Positions 44,964-56,511 of a stretch of 62,922 nucleotides of DNA are shown piece after piece; position 1 is the stretch's first letter; every line of letters begins with the position of its first letter. The stretch comes from Anaerolineae bacterium (GTDB lineage Bacteria; Chloroflexota; Anaerolineae; J102). A program made the translations under genes and the position numbers. The DNA lies in contig JALXCB010000080.1 in NCBI GenBank assembly GCA_026991225.1, positions 1 to 62,922 of the forward strand, read 5' to 3'. Under the pieces are notes generated by a model. It had not been told where the DNA came from, did no database searches, and saw only the letters and a program-made list of their open reading frames with translations.

Positions 44964-46019
44964 TTGACCCAACATCTCCGAGCCGCCGTCATCGGCGTAG
45001 GCGCCATGGGGGCGAACCACGCCCGCGTGTACGCCCGCATGCCCCAGACCACGCTGGTCGCCATTGCCGATCTGGATCCCGTCCAGCGAGACCGCGTTGC
45101 GCGCACATACAAAGCCAGGGCGTATGAAGATTATCGGGAGATGATAGCGAAAGAAGCGCTGGATGTGGTGACCATCGCCCTGCCCACGCATTTGCACCGA
45201 CAGGCGGCTATCGACGCCATTGCCGCGAATATCCATACGTTTGTGGAAAAACCCCTGGCGGATTCTGTGGCCGCCGCTCAGGAAATGATCGTCGCCAGCG
45301 AGCAGCATGGCGTGCTTCTGGGCGTGGGGCATATCGAACGATTCAATCCCGCGGTGATCGCTCTGAAGGAGCGCCTGGAAGCGGGACAGCTGGGTCAGAT
45401 TTATCAGATTCACGCCCGACGCATCGGGCCATTTCCGCCGCGCATCAAAGACGTTGGCGTCGTCTTCGATCTGGCCACGCATGAACTGAACATCCTGGAA
45501 TATCTCACCGGGTCGGGCATCCGCAGCATCGCCGCCGAGGCCAAACAGACCCTGCATGATAGTCACGAAGATATGGTTTCCAGCATCCTTCGTTTCGATA
45601 ACGGCGTCATCGGCATGATCGATATCAACTGGCTAACGCCCACGAAGATCCGAGAGCTGACGGTGCTGGGAGAGCGGGGCATGTTTCTGGTGAACTATTT
45701 GACCCAGGAGCTTTGGTTCTATGAAAATCGTTCCGCCCAGGATCACTGGCTGGGTCTGGTGACCGTGGGGGTGACGGAGGGAGCCGTTACGAAATATGAA
45801 CTCACCCGAATCGAGCCCTTGCGCATGGAGCTGGAAACCTTTGTGAACGCCATCAAACGCGGCTACAACGGCCTTGTCAATGGCGAAGAGGGGTTGAGAG
45901 CGGTGTTCCTGGCGGAGCAGGTGTTGCGAGCCAGCCAGGAGCGACAGGTCGTCACCCTGCCGCCCTACACGCCCGTCCCCGCCCGTTACGGAAATCATGG
46001 ACCAAACTCCTCCCATTGA
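44964..46019 (+). CDS. Gfo/Idh/MocA oxidoreductase (WbpB-like NDP-sugar 3-dehydrogenase)
   Basis: GVGAMG.NHAR, VEKP, GHIERFNPAV, DLATHE, WLTPTKIR. Confidence 0.88.
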   Translation: MTQHLRAAVIGVGAMGANHARVYARMPQTTLVAIADLDPVQRDRVARTYKARAYEDYREMIAKEALDVVTIALPTHLHRQAAIDAIAANIHTFVEKPLADSVAAAQEMIVASEQHGVLLGVGHIERFNPAVIALKERLEAGQLGQIYQIHARRIGPFPPRIKDVGVVFDLATHELNILEYLTGSGIRSIAAEAKQTLHDSHEDMVSSILRFDNGVIGMIDINWLTPTKIRELTVLGERGMFLVNYLTQELWFYENRSAQDHWLGLVTVGVTEGAVTKYELTRIEPLRMELETFVNAIKRGYNGLVNGEEGLRAVFLAEQVLRASQERQVVTLPPYTPVPARYGNHGPNSSH

Positions 46020-46536
46020 CGTTCGCGCCGGGCCGCCGCGGCAGCGCGTGTTGGTGGTGCTGGGCGCGGGCGGACACACTCGTCAAATGTTGCGGCTGGT
46101 GGATCTGCTGGGGCCTGACTACGATTACAGTTATGTCGTGCCGGATTACGATCGCGTTTCCGAAACGAAGATACGCATACCGGGCCCTGTCTATCGCATC
46201 AAGCAGCCGCGGGAAAAGAAGCAGGGGCGCACGGATGGGCCGTTGCAGGTGATGCTGAAGATGCCGGGGGCCCTCAAAACCGCATGGGATATCCTTGGCA
46301 AGGCTCAGCCTGATCTGATCATCGGGGCCGGGCCCAGCCTGCAAATTCCCATCGCGATCATGGCCAAACTGCGCGGCGTCCCCCACATCTTCATCGAAAC
46401 CGCGTCCAAGATCGAATTCCTCAGCTTCACGGGGCGCATCATTTACCGACTTCGGCTCTACGACCGCTTCTACGTGCAATGGGAATCCCTGACCGAGCAA
46501 TACCCCCGGGCCCGCTATGCGGGGAGGTTGCTATGA
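45997..46536 (+). CDS. Alg14/PssD-like glycosyltransferase subunit
   Basis: GAGGHT.QM, PDLII.AG, FIET, S.TG, FYVQW. Confidence 0.9.
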   Translation: MDQTPPIDVRAGPPRQRVLVVLGAGGHTRQMLRLVDLLGPDYDYSYVVPDYDRVSETKIRIPGPVYRIKQPREKKQGRTDGPLQVMLKMPGALKTAWDILGKAQPDLIIGAGPSLQIPIAIMAKLRGVPHIFIETASKIEFLSFTGRIIYRLRLYDRFYVQWESLTEQYPRARYAGRLL

Positions 46537-47006
46537 TCTTTTGCACCGTGGGCACGACCGATTTCGATGACCTGGTGCGGGCTGTGGACGCGCTCGCGCC
46601 CAGATTGGGCGAACCCGTCATTTTTCAGATTGGACAGGGATTGTATCAACCCGAAAACGGCGAGTGGTTCCGTTTTCAGCCCGATATCTCCCACTACATC
46701 AAAAACGCCAGCGTGGTCATCGCTCATGGCGGCTTCGGCACCACGGTCGAGGCGCTCTATGCGGGCGCGCGGCTGATCAGCGTGCCCAACCCCGATCGGT
46801 TCGACAAGCACCAGGAGCAGATCATCCGTCGATTTGGCGCCGAGGGCTATCTCATTCCCTGCTTTCACCTGGACGAATTGCCCCAGGCCATCGAAAAAGC
46901 CCGCACTCAGCGCCTGCGTCCTTACGAACCGCCGCAGACGACGCTGCATCTGGAGATCCGGGAGTTTTTGGACGCCAGACATCAGGGTCGTTCCAGAACC
47001 ACGTAG
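46533..47006 (+). CDS. Alg13/PssE-like glycosyltransferase (GT28 C-terminal) subunit
   Basis: MIFCTVGT, QIG, IAHGGFGT, VPN...HQ; overlaps the alg14-like stop (ATGA). Confidence 0.9.
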   Translation: MIFCTVGTTDFDDLVRAVDALAPRLGEPVIFQIGQGLYQPENGEWFRFQPDISHYIKNASVVIAHGGFGTTVEALYAGARLISVPNPDRFDKHQEQIIRRFGAEGYLIPCFHLDELPQAIEKARTQRLRPYEPPQTTLHLEIREFLDARHQGRSRTT

Positions 47007-47728
47007 AGATTGAAGGTGAAGTATTCGCGCAGAAAGGGAATGCGGGCGGGTAGAGACAGGAGGCGGGAAAGGAGTTTATCGCTGCGATTTGTCTGTAGAG
47101 AAAGGATGGTCAAGCCCGATTGGGCGAAAATACGCTCATAATCGGCCAACGCCAGACCATTCAGCCCCAAGTCGCCCAGGCTGTGGATCTCCAATTGCGG
47201 CCAGCGCGCTCGGGTGCGGGCCAGCACGCCCTCTTCCCCCAGCATGAGGTGTCGCCAGGGGATGCGGGATTGCGAGTATCCGTGGTCGCCCAGAGGGCTG
47301 TTGTAAAGCGGCCCAAAGCCTGCGTAAATGCGCCCGCCCCGCTTCAAGCGCTTCTTCATCTCCGCCAACATGCCTGGCAGATCAAGGATGTGTTCGAAAC
47401 TGTCCTTGGAAAGAATGAAATCGAACGTCTCATCCTCGGGATAATCCTTCAAATCCTGACAGAGGAAGGTCACCCGATCGGCCACGTCCCCGTGATTCTG
47501 AATGAGGTTGGCGTTGGCGAACTCGATGAGTCGACAGTTCAGGTCCAGTCCCACCACACTCGCTGCGCCCGCCCGGGCCACGTAGATAGCCATGCTACCG
47601 TGGCCGCAGCCCACATCCAGCACGCGTTTGCCGGTGAAATCGGGCTGGCCGCCAAAGCGTCGCCAGAACTGGGGATTTTGCCACTCGCCGCGGGCGAAAT
47701 AGTCGAGATCAGCTTGCTTTAATTTCAT
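46982..47728 (-). CDS. Class I SAM-dependent methyltransferase
   Basis: VLDVGCGHG, GLDLN, FD.I.S.DSFEHI, LKRGG. Confidence 0.9.
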   Translation of the reverse strand: MKLKQADLDYFARGEWQNPQFWRRFGGQPDFTGKRVLDVGCGHGSMAIYVARAGAASVVGLDLNCRLIEFANANLIQNHGDVADRVTFLCQDLKDYPEDETFDFILSKDSFEHILDLPGMLAEMKKRLKRGGRIYAGFGPLYNSPLGDHGYSQSRIPWRHLMLGEEGVLARTRARWPQLEIHSLGDLGLNGLALADYERIFAQSGLTILSLQTNRSDKLLSRLLSLPARIPFLREYFTFNLYVVLERP

Positions 47729-47808
47729 GGCTGCATTATGCCACAATTCTTTCAGGGAAGCTGAAAAGCGCGTGGGCTGTCCCGCCGTGATGCCGTCGGT
47801 AAGAGGGC

Positions 47809-47864
47809 AATTTTTATGAAATCTTTCATAAAAATTTGACAACTCTCAGAGCAGCGCATATAAT
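47809..47864 (+). promoter_or_regulatory. Perfect sigma70 promoter plus a 28-bp palindrome upstream of the radical-SAM operon
   Basis: AATTTTTATGAA-ATCT-TTCATAAAAATT (47809-47836); TTGACA 47836-47841, 17 bp, TATAAT 47859-47864. Confidence 0.8.
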
Positions 47865-48171
47865 GGCGACGCATCCATTGGTTTGCCTGCCAGGAATGTT
47901 GTAAACTTATTGGTTGCATCTCGCTGCTTTGAAAATAGGATTCGGATCAGGATTAGGATTGAGGATCGCCAGGTCTCCATTGAGCGAGTCTGCAACGGGC
48001 GTGATGCGTGAAAACGTGAAACGTGAGATCGTTACGCATCACGCATTACGCATTACGTGCCTGGCTTCCCGCGCCGCCCTGGCCGCGAGGCATTTCCGTC
48101 CGTATCGGCGCAGGCTCACCTGCCGTCATCCTCCCTCTCACCTATGCTTTTCCCAACGAGGTTTCACGTCC

Positions 48172-49674
48172 ATGCGCGTTTTACTCATCAATCCCCGTTT
48201 TCGCCTTCCCATCGACACCCGCACCAGCCCCCATCTCGGCCTCGCCTACCTGGGCGCCGTCTCCGAAGAGCGCGGCGACGAAGTCGTCGTCTTCGATGCA
48301 GATGTGGAAGACCAACCTTTGAGCGAATTCGTTCAGGAATACAAACCCCATCTCGTGGGCATCACCGCCAACACGCCCCAGGTGAAACAGGCGTGGCGTC
48401 ACGCCAAGGAGATCAAGAATGTGTGGGATGTGCCTATCGTCATCGGCGGCCCGCACCCCAGCGTGGTCTCCGAAGACCTGGACTACGAATCCCTGACGCA
48501 GGGGCCTATCGATATCGTCGTGCGGGGCGAGGGCGAGGAAACGTGGATCGAGATTTCGGAGAAGGTCGAGGATTTCCTCAAGCATCATCCCACCTTCTCC
48601 ACGGATGAATTGATGGACCCGGCCAAGGGCATTTGGGATGAGGTGCTGGGCATCACCTACAAAACATCGGATGGCGAATTGCATCGCAACCCCGACCGTC
48701 CCGCCATCAACGATCTGGACAGCCTGCCCTGGCCCGCGTACCACCTCTTCAAGATGGATCGATACACGAACTTGCAGCCCGCCACCGACGCGGTGGACGG
48801 GGCCAAGAGCTTCAGCATCCTCACCAGCCGTGGCTGCCCCTATCGCTGCACCTTCTGCTCCCAATCCATCATGCCCGTCAAATGGCGCAGCCGCACGCCC
48901 GAGAACGTCATCGCCGAGTGGGAGCACCTGGTGCGCAACATGGGCGCACAGGAGATCGGCGTGCTGGACGACAGCGCCAACATTCGCAAAAAGCGCCTGC
49001 ATCAGATCGCGGACCTGCTCATCGAGAAAGAGCTTAATCACGTGCCCTGGATTTTCGTCAACGGCATCCGGGCGAATCTGGTCGACCGGGAGCTCATGTT
49101 CAAGCTGAAAAAGGCCGGGCTCAAGCGCACCGCGTTCGGGGTGGAGACGGGCAATCCGGAGATTCTGAAGACCATCGACAAGCGCATCGACCTGGACACC
49201 ATCCGCGAGGCGTTCAAGATCACCAAGGAGGCGGGCATCGAGACCATCGCCTTCATGATCATCGGCCTGCCGGGCGACACGCGCGAAACCATGCAGGACA
49301 CCATCAACTTCGCCATCGAGCTGGACCCCCTCATCGCCAATTTCAGCATGATGACGCCCTATCCGGGCACCGCGGTGTGGGAGCAGGTCAAACGCAATGG
49401 CCGTCTCCTGATTCAGGATTGGGAGGATTACGTGTTCTTCGAGCAGAAGGCCCGCTTCGAGATGGGCGATCTCACGGCCGAGCTCATGGAAGAAATGTAT
49501 CGCCGCGCCTACCGCCAGTTCTATCTGCGTCCGGGGCCCATCTGGCGGCGGGTGAAACAGAAGGATTTCTGGGTGAATCTGCCGCGCAACCTGCGCATCG
49601 CCGCCCGCACCTTCCTGCCCAAGAAGGAAAAGACCGGTCTGCGCAAGCAGATGGAAGCGCAAGCGCTGTCTTGA
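48172..49674 (+). CDS. Cobalamin-binding radical SAM protein 1
   Basis: PHLGLAYL, GGPH, GEGE, TSRGCPYRCTFC, GVETG, IGLPG. Confidence 0.93.
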   Translation: MRVLLINPRFRLPIDTRTSPHLGLAYLGAVSEERGDEVVVFDADVEDQPLSEFVQEYKPHLVGITANTPQVKQAWRHAKEIKNVWDVPIVIGGPHPSVVSEDLDYESLTQGPIDIVVRGEGEETWIEISEKVEDFLKHHPTFSTDELMDPAKGIWDEVLGITYKTSDGELHRNPDRPAINDLDSLPWPAYHLFKMDRYTNLQPATDAVDGAKSFSILTSRGCPYRCTFCSQSIMPVKWRSRTPENVIAEWEHLVRNMGAQEIGVLDDSANIRKKRLHQIADLLIEKELNHVPWIFVNGIRANLVDRELMFKLKKAGLKRTAFGVETGNPEILKTIDKRIDLDTIREAFKITKEAGIETIAFMIIGLPGDTRETMQDTINFAIELDPLIANFSMMTPYPGTAVWEQVKRNGRLLIQDWEDYVFFEQKARFEMGDLTAELMEEMYRRAYRQFYLRPGPIWRRVKQKDFWVNLPRNLRIAARTFLPKKEKTGLRKQMEAQALS

Positions 49675-49951
49675 TGAATGCATTGACATCTTGCCCGGCG
49701 GCCACGTTCAACACGCTTTCATCTTCATGTGCTAAACTGCTTTGAAGATAGCGTTGGCCGCGGTTGCGAAAGGATCGCCAGGCCAACGTTGGGCGAGTCT
49801 GCAACGGGCGTGATGCGTAATCCGTAATCCGTAACGACCTTACGCATCACGCATCACGCATTACGTGCCTGGCTTCCCGCGCCAAGAGATTCATCAAAGC
49901 TCGCACTCTTCCCCCGGCCCTTCCCACACATCCCGCCTGGAGGATATATCG

Positions 49952-51424
49952 ATGAAAATCGCTCTCATCGGCCCCAAATGGAACGAACTCGTCAACGCCT
50001 ACCCCTCGCTGGGGCTGGGCTATCTGGCCGCGGTGGCGGAGCAGGAAGGGCATGAGGTCGCCATTTTCGACTTCGGCCTGAAGCCCTGTCGCCCCATCGA
50101 GGAGGAGGTGCAGGACGTGATCGATTTCAGGCCCGATCTGGTGGCCTTCACCTCCATGACCACCAGTTTCGCCAGCGTGGAGCAGGCTGCGGCCATGCTC
50201 AAAGACGCGTTGGGCGTGACCATCCTCATCGGCGGGCCGCACGCCACCTCGTTGCCCAACGAGACCCTGAAGAATCCGAACATCGACTATCTCATCTACG
50301 GCGAGGGCGAAGAAACCTTCATCGAGTTCCTGCGGGCGCTGGAGAATGGCAATCGCCAGTGGGACGGCTTTGGGGGGCTGTGGTACAAGGAGGATGGCCG
50401 GATTTTGAACAATCCACAGCGCGGGTTGATCAAAGACCTGGATGCGCTGCCCTATCCCGCCCGCCATCTCTTCCGCCTGGACGAATATCCCCTCTACGCG
50501 CCCACGGGCGAGCAGATGCTGACCGTGCTCAGCAGCCGCGGCTGCCCCTACAACTGCTCCTTTTGCTTCAAAGGCATCGTGGGCCGCACCTACCGCCAGC
50601 GCAGCCCCGAAAACATCGCGGATGAGCTGGAGCACCTGATGAACGCCTATGGCGTGCGCAATTTCTATTTCATCGACGATCTGTTCACCATCGACGTGCG
50701 CCGCCTGGACAAGATTCTGGACCACTTCATCGAACGCAAGATGGACATTCGCTGGCAGTGTCTGGCCCGGGTGGACCGGGTGAATCCGGAACTGCTGGGG
50801 AAAATGTATCAGGCCGGGTGCCGCGAGATCCACTACGGCATCGAGAGCGGCAATGAAGAGGTGCTGAAACGTACGGCCAAACACATCGACCTGAACCGGG
50901 TGCGGGACGCGGTCACCTGGACGGAAGAAGCGGGCATTCGGGCCAAGGGCTACTTCATTCTGGGGCTGCCCGGCGATAACGAGGAGACCATCGAAGAGAC
51001 CATCGAATTCGCGGCCAGCCTGCCCCTGACCGAGGCCATGTTCTCCATCGCCACCCCCTTCCCGGGCACGCAGCTTTGGAATGAGCTTTTACGCCGGCAT
51101 CCCGACCTGGTGTACAATGCCGACTTCACCAAGAGCTACTACTACAACAGCTATCAATCCTCCATCGCCCCCTTCATGAACGTCTCCGACGTGCCCGACG
51201 ACGTGCTCAGCCAGAAGGCCATCGAGGCCCGCCAGCGCTTCATCGAGGCCAAGAAGCGCCGCATCTACCGCGAGAGCTTCGGGCCCAAGGTGGGGGATCT
51301 GTTGTGGAATGTGGCGCAGATCACGCCCGTGCGCAAGGTGGGCAGCGCGCTCACCCATGCGGGCCTGTTCAAGAAATTCCAGCGCACCAAAGGCGAACTC
51401 TTCGGCCCCGTCTCCTGGACCTGA
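49952..51424 (+). CDS. Cobalamin-binding radical SAM protein 2
   Basis: PSLGLGYL, GGPHAT, GEGE, SSRGCPYNCSFC, DDLF, GIESG, PFPGT. Confidence 0.93.
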   Translation: MKIALIGPKWNELVNAYPSLGLGYLAAVAEQEGHEVAIFDFGLKPCRPIEEEVQDVIDFRPDLVAFTSMTTSFASVEQAAAMLKDALGVTILIGGPHATSLPNETLKNPNIDYLIYGEGEETFIEFLRALENGNRQWDGFGGLWYKEDGRILNNPQRGLIKDLDALPYPARHLFRLDEYPLYAPTGEQMLTVLSSRGCPYNCSFCFKGIVGRTYRQRSPENIADELEHLMNAYGVRNFYFIDDLFTIDVRRLDKILDHFIERKMDIRWQCLARVDRVNPELLGKMYQAGCREIHYGIESGNEEVLKRTAKHIDLNRVRDAVTWTEEAGIRAKGYFILGLPGDNEETIEETIEFAASLPLTEAMFSIATPFPGTQLWNELLRRHPDLVYNADFTKSYYYNSYQSSIAPFMNVSDVPDDVLSQKAIEARQRFIEAKKRRIYRESFGPKVGDLLWNVAQITPVRKVGSALTHAGLFKKFQRTKGELFGPVSWT

Positions 51425-51509
51425 GAAATGGCTAATTGTCAATTGTCAATGGCTAATTGTCATTCACTCATCCCCCAATCCCAATCCTAATCCTAATCCC
51501 GCCTCCCCC

Positions 51510-52679
51510 ATGCCCAAACGCCAGCTGACCTTCCGCGAGAAACTTCGCAACAAATCGAAAATCTACCGCAACAAGGCGCTGGGGCCTGTCAAGTACCTGG
51601 CTTATGAAACCGGCCAGACCAGGCATGTGCCCCCGCCCGACCGCATGTACATCGAATCCACCAACGTCTGCAACCTGCGGTGCGTCATGTGCCCCACGGG
51701 CCGGGGCGAGATCACCCGCGTCAATGGCTACATGAAGTGGGAGGTGTTCAAGCAGATCGTGGACGAGATGGCCCCGCTGGTCAAGGCCACCACCCTGCAC
51801 ATCTGGGGCGAACCCCTGCTCCATCCCCGCATCTTCGACATGGTGGCCTACTGCTCGGAAAAAGGGCTGCGGTCGGAGATCAGCACCAACGCCACCCTCC
51901 TCACCGAGGAGCGGGGCCGCAAGCTGCTGGACGCGGGCCTGAGCGTCATCTACCTCTGTCAGGATGGCGTCCGCCCGGAGACCTATGAGAACGTGCGGGT
52001 GAATGCCGACTTCGAGCGCACCAACGCCAACATCCGCCGATTCGTGGAAATGAAGCACGAGGGCGGCTATCAGACCTTCGTCAACCTGCAAATCATCGAG
52101 ATGGAGCACACCAAGGACGAGACCGACGCGTTCGTCGAGTATTGGAAACAGGTTCCGGGCGTCGATCTCGTTCACATCAAGCCCTTCGACTCCTGGGGCG
52201 ACCAGATCGAAGAGATCAGCGCCCTGCGCCCGCAAGAAGAACTGAACCTGCCCAAGCGTTACGCCTGTCCCAACCTGTGGTACCACGTCCACATCTACTG
52301 GGACGGCTCCATCGCCATGTGCGACCGCGATTTCAACCTCGACTTCGACCTGGGCAACGTCATCGACGAGGACGGCGTGGTGCGGGTGATGAAGAACTGG
52401 AACGGGCCCAAGATGCAAAAGCTGCGCCAGATGCACGTCGAAGGCCGCTATGATGAGGTGTCGCCTTGCAACACCTGCGTGGAATGGGCCTGGTGGAAAC
52501 CCACGCCCTTCGAATCTTACGGCAACCGCCCCGCGGAGGACTCGCACGAGACCTTTGGCGGGGATCGCGTCTACATCAAAGACGAGCGGAAGCATCGTGA
52601 CAACGGCGCGAATGGCACCTCTAACGGCGCTTCCGCCATCCCTCTGATCCTTCCCGAAGAGACGAAAGCTAAAGACTGA
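51510..52679 (+). CDS. Radical SAM protein with SPASM/twitch domain
   Basis: ESTNVCNLRCVMC, GEPLLH, STNA; C-terminal CPNLW..CDRD..CNTC. Confidence 0.92.
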   Translation: MPKRQLTFREKLRNKSKIYRNKALGPVKYLAYETGQTRHVPPPDRMYIESTNVCNLRCVMCPTGRGEITRVNGYMKWEVFKQIVDEMAPLVKATTLHIWGEPLLHPRIFDMVAYCSEKGLRSEISTNATLLTEERGRKLLDAGLSVIYLCQDGVRPETYENVRVNADFERTNANIRRFVEMKHEGGYQTFVNLQIIEMEHTKDETDAFVEYWKQVPGVDLVHIKPFDSWGDQIEEISALRPQEELNLPKRYACPNLWYHVHIYWDGSIAMCDRDFNLDFDLGNVIDEDGVVRVMKNWNGPKMQKLRQMHVEGRYDEVSPCNTCVEWAWWKPTPFESYGNRPAEDSHETFGGDRVYIKDERKHRDNGANGTSNGASAIPLILPEETKAKD

Positions 52680-52773
52680 AGACTAAAGATTAAAGACTAA
52701 AGCTTTTATCGTCTTCCAGACAGTTGTTCACTGAACACTGATTACTGAATACTGAATACTGATTACTGAAACC

Positions 52774-54180
52774 ATGGCCACCTTCTTCCCCTGGGGCAAA
52801 AGCAAACGCTCGAACATCCTCTGGCTCGACCTGGGCGACCTGGGCGACCTGGTGAACCCCGGCGGGCCCCACGAACAATGGCAGGACCACGGTTTGGGCC
52901 TGCTGCGTACCATCCTCCACCAGAACGGCATTCAGACCGATCTGGCGTCCACCCGCGCGGTCACCTCGTGGGATCAGCTCGCGCCCAAACTTCAGGGCTA
53001 CGACATGTTGCTGATGAACGTCCGCAGCTACACCTATCCGCCTGCCAAGAAAGCGGCCGAGCTGTTCAAGGAAATCAATCCCAACGGCCTCGTGCTGGTG
53101 GGCGGCATGCACGCCACCGTCGCGCCCGATGAGATGCTCTCGGTGGACGCGTTCGATAAAATCTGCATGGGCGCGGGCGAGCAAGTCATCGTCGACCTGG
53201 TGAAAGATCCCCACAGCTTCCCCCGCGTCTTCTCGGGCGAAAGCGCCAAAAGCATGGCCGAATGGCCCATGATCGACCGGGAGCTGTGGCCCAAGCCCGC
53301 GGGCGGCTGGCGCATGCGCCGTTATTGGAAATGGAAATGGCCTCTGGAGCCGGAATGCGGCTGGGGGCCCGGGCCCGTCGCCACCATCATCACCAGCCGG
53401 GTCTGCCCCTGGAAGTGCGTCTTCTGCAACGAAAGCTCCTACATCCCCCTGATGGGCCGCCGCCCGGTGGACATGGTCATCGACGAGCTCAACTACCTGG
53501 ACCGCAAATACGGCGTCGGCTCCGTGGTCATCCACGACTCCATGTTCTTCCAGAACCCAAGCTGGCTGGAGGAATGGCTGGAGAAATACCCCCGCAAGAC
53601 GAAACGCTGGACCTACTGGGCCGCGGCCCGGGCCGACACCGTGGTGCAATGGCCCGAGCTCTTCATCGCCCTGGTCAAAGAGACCAACTGGCGCACCATC
53701 TCCATCGGCTTCGAATCGGGCAGCGACCGCGTCCTCAAAATCCTGAACAAAGAAGTCACCGAGGAAGAAAACTTCTTCGTCATCGACCTGGTCAACCGTC
53801 TGGGGGATGAGTTGGAGGCCAAGGGCGAGCAGCCGCCCGTGTTCTGGTCCAACATCATGCTGGGCATCCCCGGCGAGACCCGCGAAGACGCGTTCAAAAC
53901 CATGCGCATGCTCAAGACCATGAAGCGGGTCATGCCCTCCATCTCCTTCTACGCGCCCTACCCCGGCTCCGCGCTGGGCTACCAGCTCATCGCCGAGGGC
54001 AAGAGCCTCATGTCCAAGGACAACTACCATCGCTTCCCGGGCGATGAGAAGGTCAAGGGCATCGACTACCAGTTCTACCGCGACCTCATCGCCGGCAAAT
54101 ACGACGACGAAGTCAACAAGGGCCTGGACACGGTCATGCACGGCGCCGAGCTCTACCGCGGCTCTCTGGTCAAAGCCTAG
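52774..54180 (+). CDS. Cobalamin-binding radical SAM protein 3 (divergent)
   Basis: HGLGLL, GGMHAT, TSRVCPWKCVFC, GFESG, LGIPGE, PYPGS. Confidence 0.9.
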   Translation: MATFFPWGKSKRSNILWLDLGDLGDLVNPGGPHEQWQDHGLGLLRTILHQNGIQTDLASTRAVTSWDQLAPKLQGYDMLLMNVRSYTYPPAKKAAELFKEINPNGLVLVGGMHATVAPDEMLSVDAFDKICMGAGEQVIVDLVKDPHSFPRVFSGESAKSMAEWPMIDRELWPKPAGGWRMRRYWKWKWPLEPECGWGPGPVATIITSRVCPWKCVFCNESSYIPLMGRRPVDMVIDELNYLDRKYGVGSVVIHDSMFFQNPSWLEEWLEKYPRKTKRWTYWAAARADTVVQWPELFIALVKETNWRTISIGFESGSDRVLKILNKEVTEEENFFVIDLVNRLGDELEAKGEQPPVFWSNIMLGIPGETREDAFKTMRMLKTMKRVMPSISFYAPYPGSALGYQLIAEGKSLMSKDNYHRFPGDEKVKGIDYQFYRDLIAGKYDDEVNKGLDTVMHGAELYRGSLVKA

Positions 54181-54382
54181 CGACGCCGCGCCTGACGACG
54201 TGTTAAGCCGAACGAAAGCGCCTCGCAGCCATATTGGCGCGGGCAGCCGACTTCGTAATGCGTAATGCGTGATGCGTAATGACCTCACGGATTACGGATT
54301 ACGCATCACGCCCGTGGCAAACTCGCCCAACGTGATCTTTAAGTCACCTTTGCAAACAAGCACAGCCTTCTGAACACAAACC

Positions 54383-54589
54383 ATGAGCAGCTTCGACCAT
54401 CCCACCCACATGTTCCTCTTCAAAATGAAGAACGGCAAGAACAAACTCGCCTATGGCGAGACGCCCGAGGACGCGCTGGAAATCCTGCGATGGCGTTTGA
54501 CTGAAGAGGAAATGGCGCAGATCATCCCTGACGACTACGTCAAATTCCATCCCCGCCAGCTTCAGAAATACATCGACAATCTGGGATGA
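54383..54589 (+). CDS. 68-aa hypothetical protein within the radical-SAM operon
   Basis: Co-oriented ORF with host-like codon usage; KLAYGETPEDALEIL. Confidence 0.7.
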   Translation: MSSFDHPTHMFLFKMKNGKNKLAYGETPEDALEILRWRLTEEEMAQIIPDDYVKFHPRQLQKYIDNLG

Positions 54590-54590
54590 C

Positions 54591-54690
54591 GGGATCAGGA
54601 TTAGGATTAGGATCAGGATTGGGAATGGTTGCGCCCAACCACAATCCTAATCCTGTTCCTAATCCTAATCCTAATCCTAATCCTCAATCC
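54591..54690. repeat. Inverted AGGATT/AATCCT hexamer arrays
   Basis: Read directly. Confidence 0.8.
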
Positions 54691-54748
54691 CAACCCTCGC
54701 CCCCTCGCCCTTTCGCCCCCTCGCAATCTCGCCCCTCGCCCTGCCTCC

Positions 54749-56173
<1,425 letters not shown>

Positions 56174-56211
56174 CATGAAAGGTAACTACTAAGATCGTCA
56201 CCCGAAAACCA

Positions 56212-56460
56212 CTAAACTAAACGCATTTTGAAATCAGGTGTTTTCGGCCTCGGCCACCCGGAGCTGAAGCTCCGGGCTACGAAACGACGCCGGGTGAACC
56301 CGGCTTCCTGCGGCGAGCGACCTGCGCCATAGCCCCATTGATGGGGCGTCGTTTTTAGCCCGCAGGTGAACCTGCGGGCGGCGGCGCGGCCAGAGAATCG
56401 CCTTTCACTGATGATCCAATGCGAACCAAAAGCCTTGGTTTCAATTTGCTTTCAGTTTAG
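56212..56460. mobile_element. 249-bp REP-rich element (copy 2), abutting a truncated GTAACT MITE end (56182-56211)
   Basis: Near-identical to 4481..4729. Confidence 0.9.
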
Positions 56461-56511
56461 TCTTTAGTCTTTGATCCCCACCAACCCACCACTCCACAAG
56501 CACACCTCCCC

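Noticed and set aside
54383-54589. RiPP precursor for the rSAM/SPASM enzymes
   Set aside because: No leader/core pattern, RRE/PqqD domain, peptidase or exporter; the neighbourhood is glycan-related
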